From contig JAWQFM010000007.1 of NCBI GenBank assembly GCA_033442325.1, positions 150,092 through 161,142 of the forward strand: a DNA stretch of 11,051 bases. Reading direction: 5' to 3'. Position numbers and translations under genes: made by a program. Positions 1 to 10,647 of this stretch are shown here, one piece after another (position 1 is the first letter of the stretch; the number at the start of each line of letters is the position of its first letter). Below the pieces are notes generated by a model that saw only the letters and a list, made by a program, of their open reading frames with translations, ran no database searches and was not told where the DNA came from. Source of the DNA: Salpingoeca rosetta. Taxonomy: Eukaryota; Protista; Choanoflagellata.

Positions 1-4
1 CAAG

Positions 5-53
5 ACACACGCACACACACACACACATACGCGCACACACACACATACGCGCG

Positions 54-96
<43 letters not shown>
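5..96 (+). repeat. (CA)n/(CG)n compound microsatellite (intron of the DHHC gene)
   Basis: CA runs with an internal (CG)n run at ~48-62. Confidence 0.93.
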
Positions 97-98
<2 letters not shown>

Positions 99-668
99 GG
101 CCGAGAAAAGGGCAGTGGTGGTCGAAGCGGCGAACGCAGCGACGGCAGTCGAGACAGTGCTTGGTGCGCATGGGCTGAAAGGCCTGGCACACACGACAGA
201 ACTGACGCGGTGGGACCAGGCCAGCGTGCGCTGCAAGCATCAGCGGCGCAGAGTCGCTGCTGACGGTGCTGACGGTGCTGATGTTGTTGCTGCCGCCATC
301 CTCGCTGCTCGTGGCTGCAGTTGCAGGAGCGCCAAGCGTTGGCGCATCTTTCAGCGACGCCAATGACTCGGATGACAGCGACGCGGACGTGAGCCGCGAC
401 TGGTGTGTCGTAAACCCCTCGCCGTGATGACTCCTGTCATCAGCTGTGGGCCCTACCAACAATGGGGAGGCATCACCGTTGATGTCGCCATCATCTTCAC
501 CACTGACGGAGGAGAGGAGTGGCTGGGAGTGTTGCCGCTGGCCATGATCTGGCGCGATGCTGCCGGGCTTGCACATGGTGGTCCAGAAGAACAGGCCGAT
601 CGCCAACACGTATCCCAGCGTGATGGGCACGATGACAAGCGAGCCTGCGCGCAATCGGCGCTGGAACC
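97..668 (-). CDS. DHHC-type protein S-palmitoyltransferase (ZDHHC12-like), exon encoding TM2 + cytosolic loop + DHHC-CRD; gene continues beyond the left edge
   Basis: The minus frame (codons starting at positions divisible by 3) is stop-free from 903 to the window edge. It reads GFQRRLRAGSLVIVPITLGYVLAIGLFFWTTMCKPGSI...[37 protein letters not shown], i.e. the Cx2Cx9HCx2Cx2Cx4DHHCP signature with DHHC at 123-112. Acceptor ttgcAG ends at 669; donor GT at 96-95. TM2-xPG and 'QPxRxxHCxxCRRCVRRxDHHCP' resemble ZDHHC12 (recalled, not searched). Confidence 0.92.
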
Positions 669-740
669 CTGCAAGACGAAGACACGGACACATGTGAGGC
701 ATGCGCTTCGAAGGAACATGTATAACAAGGAAGCACCTGT

Positions 741-741
<1 letters not shown>

Positions 742-825
<84 letters not shown>

Positions 826-826
826 C
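742..826 (+). repeat. (CA)n microsatellite forming the CFAP77/DHHC junction intron
   Basis: CA run between donor 826 and acceptor 737. Confidence 0.95.
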
Positions 827-2679
<1,853 letters not shown>

Positions 2680-2853
2680 GGCGCTCACTCACTCTGTGTG
2701 TAGTTGTGGGTGTAGCTGTGGGTGTAGCTGGTGATCGTCGTCACCGCTGTCCCTTGTCTCGTCGTCGCTGCCCCGTCGCCTTGCCTGTCTTTGTCGTGGA
2801 GGGTGCGCCGCGCTCTCGCGATGATGTCGCCTGGCGTGTATGTTTTGTCAGCG

Positions 2854-2863
2854 GTTGGCAACG
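2854..2863 (-). promoter_or_regulatory. Candidate RFX/X-box half-site (CGTTGCCAAC) upstream of CFAP77
   Basis: Plus strand GTTGGCAACG equals minus strand CGTTGCCAAC and contains the RFX half-site GTTGCC/GGCAAC. It lies ~180 nt upstream of the ATG of a ciliary gene. Confidence 0.45.
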
Positions 2864-3170
2864 CAATGCGAATGCGACTGAATTCAGGCTCACACGTAAT
2901 TGGCCACAACGGCGAACGAAGAAGAAGGCAGCAGCATGTTGCTTTTCAACCGCAAGCCACAAGCGCCACTGCACTCTGACTTTCCGCATGCGCCACTCAC
3001 TCATTGTGCCATCATTCTCATCCCCTTCCATTTCTCTTTCTCTCTGTCTTTTCTTCCGTTTGCCCTCGCTCGCTGCTCCCCTCTCCCCGACACAACCGCA
3101 GCCTTGTCGCCCTCCGCGGTTCCCGGTGTTCTTCGTGCGCCTGGTCGCCTGTTGTGGCCCCTGCAGCTCC

Positions 3171-3179
3171 ATGCCTTGA
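3171..3179 (+). promoter_or_regulatory. Minimal uORF ATG-CCT-TGA (Met-Pro-stop) in the ODC leader
   Basis: It is the only ATG between 2991 and the ODC start at 3513. Its stop is shared with a longer frame starting at ATG 2988. Presence in the mRNA depends on the unknown TSS and splicing. Confidence 0.45.
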
Positions 3180-3512
3180 CAGCCCTCCCTTCTCTCCCAC
3201 GACCACTGCCGCTCTCGCTGGTGGTGGTACTGTACCTCCTCTTCGTGTTTCGATAGCACGCCCCTCCCCCCCCCCCCTCCATCTCCATCTCTCCAAGCAC
3301 CCTTCGCTCAACTTGTGCCCTTCTTGCCTTGCATCGGAGCACAGAGCACACACAAACAACACCCCCTCGCTGAGGCCTTTCGCGTTCTTGGCCCTCTGTG
3401 TGCCTGGTCAGCTTCCAAGTGGGAATCCCGCCGCCGCACTCGTGCTCCTTCGCCTTCTCCTTCTCCTTCATCTTCTCCCCCCCCCCCTCCTCCCAAGTGT
3501 CACGCCCTCTCG

Positions 3513-5685
3513 ATGAAGTTTGACCATGCCGGCAAAGTGCAGCAGGTGCACCCTGTTGCGGGCATGAACGTTGCCGCTCGCAAGAAGGCATGCCGTGAAA
3601 TCATCGAGGCCAACCGCACATGCGGCGAGGCTTTCTTCCTCACCGACCTGCACGACATCTGGTGCAAGCACAGGACATGGCAGGCCATGTTGCCTCGCAT
3701 CGAGCCTTTCTATGCCATCAAGTGCAACAGCGATCCCGTCATCCTCAAGGCCCTCGCTGCCCTCAACCTTGGCTTCGACTGCGCCTCTGCAAAAGAGATT
3801 CAGGCCATGCTGGACCTGGGCGTGGCCCCAGACCGCATCATCTTCGCCAACCCATGCAAGGCCCTGTCCCACTTGCTCTATGCCAAGGAGAAGGGTGTTA
3901 AGCTCATGACCTTTGACAACGAGAACGAGCTGCTCAAATGCGCCGAGCACTTTCCCTCCGCACGGTGCGTCATGTGTGTGTGTGTGTGCGTGTGCGTGTG
4001 TGTGCATGCTTACGTGAATACTTTCACTTGAGCGCCTACGTTTGCAATACGTGCGTCTGCCCTCCCGCTCCCCCCGCATGTTACTTTCTGTCTCAGTATC
4101 ATGTCAGTGCGTCAGCTCACCTACCACGTGCACATTCGAACCACCTCACTTAAAACCACCCCACCCTGCACACAACCCAAATGGCCCCAGGCTGGTGCTG
4201 CGTGTGTTGGCGGACGACTCCAAGGCGGTGTGCCGACTGGGCCTCAAGTACGGCGCACGCCCCTCCTGTACGCTGCGGCTGCTGCAGTTGGCACGAACCC
4301 TGCACCTCAATGTTGTGGGCGTCAGCTTTCACGTCGGCTCCGGCTCCACAGATGCGTCCGCCTTTGCCGATGCCGTGTACCGCGCACGTGCCGTGTTTGA
4401 CCAGGCGCTGTCCCTCGGGTTCCGCCCAACGCTGCTCGATGTTGGCGGCGGATTCCCGGGTACAACGTACACCAGCGCCATCTCCTTTGATGCCATTGCC
4501 TCGTGCCTCACCCGCGCCGTGGACGAGTGCTTCCCGCCGTCCTGCGGTGTGCGCGTGATTGCAGAGCCAGGCCGCTTCTACGTTGCGTCGGCGTGCTGCC
4601 TCGCCGTCTCCGTCATTGGCAAACGCACCCCACACGAGGTCGCTGGCGACCACAACAACAACAACAGGCGTGCCATCGACACAACCGGGAATGGACACGG
4701 TAGCTCAGCCCGATGCCACGATGTGCCTGCTGCTGCTCCTCGTGTTGTCGGTGGCTGTGACGCTGGCGATGACCGTGCCGATGCTGCTCACGCCACACCG
4801 CGCGCCAGCGGCATGCGTGATATGGACAGCAGCGCGACCAGCAGTGGCAGCAGCAGTGACAGTGATGGCGAAGACGAAGGAGACGAAGATGATAGTGTCC
4901 TGCTGGGTGCAACGGGTCGCGGCACAACACGAGTGGAGTGCACACGCGCTGACGGCAGCGACGGCACCATTCTTGCAGCGAAAGCGCGACCAGGAGAGCG
5001 ACACAACAAGGGCCGCGAGCGTGCTGTGAGCATGCGGGCGCCCCGTCAGGAGTCACCACCATCGCCAACAACGCCGTCACTCTCGGCCTCCACCTCCTGC
5101 CCAGCATCGCGCCCCTGCTCACCGACTCGTCACTATCAGCAGCACCAGGTGCAGGAGCAGGAGCAGCAACACGATTCGCTTGAGCACGACCAAGACAAGC
5201 AGTCGCTCATGCTGTATGTGAATGATGGGGTGTACGGGTCGTTCAACTGCATCCTGTTTGACCACGCGGTTGTGCGTGGAGAGGTGCTGCTGAGCCGGTG
5301 CGATGTGCAGCGCGCCCCGCCGCTCACCTGCAGTATCTGGGGGCCGACCTGCGACTCCATGGACTGCATTGAGAAGCGTGCTTCCCTGCCGGAGCTGGAG
5401 GTTGGCGACTGGCTCTTCTACCCCGATATGGGCGCATACACGTCGTGCGCTGCCAGCACCTTCAACGGCTTTGACAAGCCCATGCAGTTCTACACGTTCA
5501 GCGCGGACGCGAGCTTTGATGCGACGCAGCACCTGCCCGCCTCGTTTCCGTCCTTTGTGTTCCCGCTGCTTGGTGACAGTGGTGGTCATCATGCTGTCAA
5601 CGATCACCATCGTCATCACGACTCCACCGCAGCAGCAGAGATGAACGACTGCCGCCTCGCTGTCGCGGCCGATATCAGCGCGTGA
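3513..5685 (+). CDS. ODC1: Ornithine decarboxylase (fold-type III PLP enzyme), exons 3513-3964 and 4191-5685, ~648 aa
   Basis: Motifs present: PFYAIKCN (PLP lysine is residue 70 from ATG 3513, vs K69 in human ODC), GFDCAS, IIFANPCK, MTFDNENEL, LVLRVLADDSKAVCRLGLKYGA, GVSFHVGSG, LLDVGGGFPG, IAEPGRFYV, YVNDGVYGSFNCILFDH, IWGPTCDSMD, MGAYT, STFNGF. Intron 3965(GTGCGT)-4190(CCCAG) is phase 2 and rejoins SA-R-LVLR. Stop TGA 5683-5685. Confidence 0.96.
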
Positions 5686-5696
5686 TGCGATGCAGC

Positions 5697-5806
<110 letters not shown>

Positions 5807-6538
5807 NNNNNNNNNNNNNNNNNNNNNNNNNNNNNNNNNNNNNNNNNNNNNNNNNNNNNNNNNNNNNNNNNNNNNNNNNNNNNNNNNNNNNNNNNNNNNN
5901 NNNNNNNNNNNNNNNNNNNNNNNNNNNNNNNNNNNNNNNNNNNNNNNNNNNNNNNNNNNNNNNNNNNNNNNNNNNNNNNNNNNNNNNNNNNNNNNNNNNN
6001 NNNNNNNNNNNNNNNNNNNNNNNNNNNNNNNNNNNNNNNNNNNNNNNNNNNNNNNNNNNNNNNNNNNNNNNNNNNNNNNNNNNNNNNNNNNNNNNNNNNN
6101 NNNNNNNNNNNNNNNNNNNNNNNNNNNNNNNNNNNNNNNNNNNNNNNNNNNNNNNNNNNNNNNNNNNNNNNNNNNNNNNNNNNNNNNNNNNNNNNNNNNN
6201 NNNNNNNNNNNNNNNNNNNNNNNNNNNNNNNNNNNNNNNNNNNNNNNNNNNNNNNNNNNNNNNNNNNNNNNNNNNNNNNNNNNNNNNNNNNNNNNNNNNN
6301 NNNNNNNNNNNNNNNNNNNNNNNNNNNNNNNNNNNNNNNNNNNNNNNNNNNNNNNNNNNNNNNNNNNNNNNNNNNNNNNNNNNNNNNNNNNNNNNNNNNN
6401 NNNNNNNNNNNNNNNNNNNNNNNNNNNNNNNNNNNNNNNNNNNNNNNNNNNNNNNNNNNNNNNNNNNNNNNNNNNNNNNNNNNNNNNNNNNNNNNNNNNN
6501 NNNNNNNNNNNNNNNNNNNNNNNNNNNNNNNNNNNNNN
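5807..6538. other. Assembly gap (N run)
   Basis: 732 Ns flanked by (TG)n on the left and (CA)n on the right. Confidence 1.
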
Positions 6539-6580
<42 letters not shown>

Positions 6581-6598
6581 CACACACACACACACGAC

Positions 6599-6664
<66 letters not shown>
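6539..6664 (+). repeat. (CA)n microsatellite (intron of the minus-strand gene)
   Basis: Nearly pure CA run with a few CGA interruptions. Confidence 0.95.
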
Positions 6665-6665
<1 letters not shown>

Positions 6666-6669
6666 GCAC

Positions 6670-9073
6670 CTGCTGTGGAGAGGAGATGTTCGGGCGACGC
6701 CCAGGCAAGGCGACGAAACGGAGACGCCGGGGTGTCTGCGCCCATGGGCCGTTGTTGTGGTGCGGGATGTGGAGAGGGAAGCGGCAGCCAGGGCGGCGTG
6801 GAGCGAGCAGGGAGGTGAACTGGAGGCGGAGGGGCGATGGGCGACTCGAACAAGGGGCGCGGCCATGGTGGGGACTGGATCACGCCCGGATTGATAACGG
6901 TGCTATGCAGCGGGTGCTGTCCAAGCAGAGGTGACAGCCCGCTCAGGTCCACACCAGGTATCATGCCAGGCATTGAGGGCGATGCAAATGGTGACCGATA
7001 CAACACGTGATGCTGTAAATGCAAAAAAAAAAAAAAAAACCGAGTGGTTGTGTGTGTGTTAGTGTGTGTTTCTGTGTAAATGTGTGTGTGTGTGTTAATT
7101 TGTTCAGGTGTGTGCGTGTTGATGTCTTCATGTGTTCATGTGTTCATGTGTGCGTGTGCATGTGCATGTGTGTGTGTGTGTGTGCGCGCGCGCCGGAGCG
7201 TGTGTGCATGTTGATCGTATTGAACCTGTGTGCGCATTTTGCAGACACTGATCTCATCAAAGTGCGAAGAACAAACACATCATACCACGCACTTGAAGGG
7301 TGGAGGTGTCAAGGCTTGTGCTGGCGGCAAACGACTGCGAAAGCGGGGACTGGGACGAGAGCAGATGCGTGTAGTTGCCGGGAGTACCGCGGTACTGCAT
7401 ACTATAGGACGGCAAGGGCGGCGGCGTGCTCAAGCCCAGCACATTGGAGGGCTCCAGGATCTGGGACATAGGCGTTCTCGGTCGTGCTTGCAGATGGGCG
7501 CTGGCCGTTGCGTTGGTCGATGCAGTTGTAGGTGGGGAAGCAATTGCGTTGCCTGTCCCATTCCGAAACTCGGTGGTGCTGCCCATGAGTGCGGCCGCTG
7601 CCTCTTTTGCGGAGTACACTGCTGGCCTTGGTTGAGGCTCCAGTTGCTGCTCTCCTTGCCTGTTGGGTGAACTGATGACGTCAAGCTTGCGGCGCACGCG
7701 CCTTGCTCGTGTGCTGTGGGTCTTCTTCCTGGTCCGTCGCTGTGCCTTTGGCTTGGCGTCAGGTGTTGCATCCTTCAAGTTGAATGTCATGTTCTCCTTG
7801 TCAAACTCCGAAGAGATGTTCACTTGCAGGTATTGAGACAACAGCTTCACTGCGTATGTGTGTGTGAATTGGGTGTGTGTGTGAGTGTGTGAGCGTGTGT
7901 GTGTGTGTGTGAGCGTGTGTGTGAGTATGTGTATGTGAGTATGTGTATGTGAGTATGTGTATGTGAGTATGTGGTGTGTGTGTGTGTGTGCTGATGATGG
8001 CTTGTGTGCAAGTGCGCTGGTGTTCGCTTGCATGAAAACCACCGACGTGCAAACAAACAGGCAGGCTTACATTGCTCCTCTTTGGTCTTGGCAAACATGC
8101 CTACAATGCGCTGATTCAGACTTTCGCTGCACCTGCACAAATGAGTACCATCAAGACAGCACAATGAGACGTGGCGACATTGCACTGTGCATTGGCCAAA
8201 GATTGCGAGTCCCGCGCGCACAGCAACAATGACACGCACACACACACGCACGCACGCACACAGCACACAAACACACACACAGCACACACACACACACACA
8301 CAGCACACACACACACAGAGCACACACACACACACACAGCACACACACACACGCACAAACAAGCAAACAAACAAACAAACACCACTCGCACACACATTCA
8401 CACACCTGCCCGGGTGCCTGTGGAGTTTCCAGCAGAAGAGGCTGCGCCGGCACCCTGGAGTAGAGCGCTTTACGTCGGCGAGGGCGCCCTTACATGAGGC
8501 GCGCACGTCCAGAGACGGATGGTACCAACAGTAGTAATCCTTCACCCGCTCTCGAGTCATTGAGCGCGAAATGGCCTTGAGGTCAGCCTCGCCAATGATC
8601 CACTGGCTGCGACGACAGGAAGGGAGATTGCACGTCATCTTGACGGGTGCAGGTATGCTCCTGCCACTGCTGCTGCTGGTCGTTGTTGTCGCGACGGTGT
8701 AAGTTGAGGCGGGCTCTGGGTTGGCGCGCTTTTCTCGCGGTGCGCCCTTGCGCTTGCGACGGCGGCGAGGTGCGGAGATGGCGCTGTCCGCAACAACACC
8801 ATTGCTGTTCGCATCACCAAGCTGCGCCAAGTCTTGACTGCTGGCCGTGGTCGTGGCGGCACCGCGACTGCTGCTGTCGTGTTTGCGCTCATCGTCGTCG
8901 TCGATGGTGAGCTTGGGCAGTTTCGGAAGGCGCGCAACTGCCGCATCATCTTCGCTGCTCGGTTCGTCCCAGGGCAACCGCCCTCCAAACAGCGCGCGCG
9001 TGGCCAACGTCTGCTGCTCTTTCGTTGTGGTGGTGGTGGTGGTGGTGGTGGTGGTGGTGTCTGCTGTGGCCAT
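6670..9073 (-). CDS. Uncharacterised protein (>540 aa, 3' end in the gap); exons 9073-8406, 8132-8071, 7849-7293, 7012-6670; Cys/His clusters, basic NLS-like stretch, KEN box, S/T-P-rich C-terminal part
   Basis: ATG 9073 (MATADTTT...). Four exons join by GT-AG introns with consistent phases (2,1,0,1): HPG-R-CSESLNQRIV; KEEQ-L-KLLSQYLQ; STLQ-HHVLYRSP. The acceptor at 7013 is preceded by a long poly-T tract. Introns are filled with microsatellite and exons are not. Confidence 0.8.
7921..7972 (+). repeat. 14-bp tandem repeat (GTGAGTATGTGTAT) x~3.5, intronic
   Basis: Direct reading of 7921-7972. Confidence 0.85.
9027..9059 (-). repeat. (ACC)n coding repeat giving an N-terminal poly-Thr tract
   Basis: (GGT)n on the plus strand within exon 1 of the unknown gene. 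Confidence 0.9.
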
Positions 9074-9242
9074 GCTTGCGGCGCGGGTGCGTGGTGGTGC
9101 TCGATGTGGCGGGCGAGGATGGAGATGGCGAGTGTGTGTGAGTGAGAGAGTGAGTGAGAGAGAGTGTGTGTGCGAGCAACAAGTGAACGTTACAACACCT
9201 CTGGGTTGTACACCCACGCTACTCCAAACATAGGGAGAAGGG

Positions 9243-9262
9243 TTTGAAAGTTTCGCGCCAAA
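9243..9262. promoter_or_regulatory. E2F site TTTCGCGCCAAA (9251-9262) adjacent to a CHR hexamer TTTGAA (9243-9248)
   Basis: Exact match to the classical E2F consensus TTTSSCGC with CAAA flank, 2 nt from TTTGAA, ~180 nt upstream of the minus-strand ATG at 9073. Confidence 0.55.
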
Positions 9263-9611
9263 TGGTGACGACCATCATCCTGATGGCGCTCCTGCTGTGC
9301 CTGTTTGCTGGCGCAGTTGCTTGCTTTGATGAGGGAGGGTGAGTGCTGCAGCCATCGTGGTTGGCGTGCACAAACATGCACACAGCAAACTGTTTGGATT
9401 CTTCCCGCCAAGTTGCCTAGGAAAATTATGTGGAAAATATGGCGAAGAAACGGTGTTCTAATTTTATTCGTGTTTTCTTGTTTTTGTTGGGGATTTGCGG
9501 AAATGAACAACACAAACAGTAGTGATTGAGAATCCAAACACCCACCACAGAGCCAGCCAAGACGACTGTTCACCACGTCCACCTTTCCAACCAAACAACA
9601 ACTCTCTTGTC

Positions 9612-10592
9612 ATGGGAAACCTCATCACGACAGCACCTTCGCAGGTGGTGCAGTGCCTGCTTGACATGTGTGTGTGTGTGTGTGTGTGACTGTGTGACTG
9701 TGTGACTGTGCTGCCATGGCCGCTCTTTCATTGTGGTTTCTTTTCTTTCTTCCATGCAGCCTCACTTGCTTTGCTTGCTTGCTTGTCTTGCTCCGTGTGA
9801 CACAAAAACCAGGTGCTGCCGATTGAAACATACATCAATGACTTGGCCGATGACAAGTTTGACAAAGTCCTGCAGAGCAATCGCTTCCTCAAGGTGCGTC
9901 CAGACACCACACCAAACGGCGAGGCATGGTGGCGACTGCTTGCTGCTCGCTGCTGGTCGTTTGCTGCTTGCTGCTTGTTTCGTGGTTTGTGCACTGAAAA
10001 CAACGTTTTGCAAGTGCGTACCATTGTTCACCTCACGCCTACGGCACACCTACCTCATGCACATCCACCTGATGCACGTCCGCACGCCACGCTGCCATGT
10101 TCTTTCCTCCCCTCCCATCTCCCCCACCTCTCCCTCTCTCCCCGGACCACGGCTGTGAAACCCATAGACGGCCCGTGTGAGCCACAAGCAGAGGACATAC
10201 CGGGTGGTGAAGGTGTTTGCCAAGCACTCCAAGTCCAGCATCGACATCTCCACCCACCAGAAGCAGCTGGACGCAGTGCGAACAGCGCTTGCAGGCAACG
10301 TGCACGCCATTACGTACGACACACCGCTGGACACGCAGAAGACGGTGCTGCTCGTACGGCCGTTTGTGTTTGCCAGCCTGTATGACCGCATGACCATGCG
10401 CCCGATCCTGTCGCACGCAGAGAAGCTGTGGATCGCGTACCAGCTCATCGTTGCCCTGAAGGACGTGCATGCTGCCAACCTCTGCCATGGCGACATCAAG
10501 ATTGAGAACGTTCTCCTCAACAGCTGGAACTGGGTCATGCTCGCGGACTTTTCCCCGTTCAAGCCAGCCTTCCTCCCACAGGTGCGTTGCGC

Positions 10593-10647
<55 letters not shown>

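Noticed and set aside
2699-2732. 12-bp tandem repeat (TAG[C/T]TGTGGGTG)x~3 as a CRISPR-like or regulatory array
   Set aside because: No spacers; a short minisatellite in the probable CFAP77 5' UTR.
2900-3512. Canonical AZIN1/ODC uCC ending in PPWxPS*
   Set aside because: All three plus frames were translated and none has a PPW motif or PS-stop. ATC-CCG-CCG at ~3425 resembles the uCC start only superficially.
3513-5685. Antizyme inhibitor (catalytically dead ODC homologue)
   Set aside because: All catalytic and PLP-binding motifs (AIKCN, FDCAS, FHVGSG, GGGFPG, EPGR, GPTCD, GAYT) are intact.
7023-7039. Poly-A run as a retroposon tail
   Set aside because: It is the poly-T pyrimidine tract of the minus-strand acceptor at 7013; no target-site duplication or element body.
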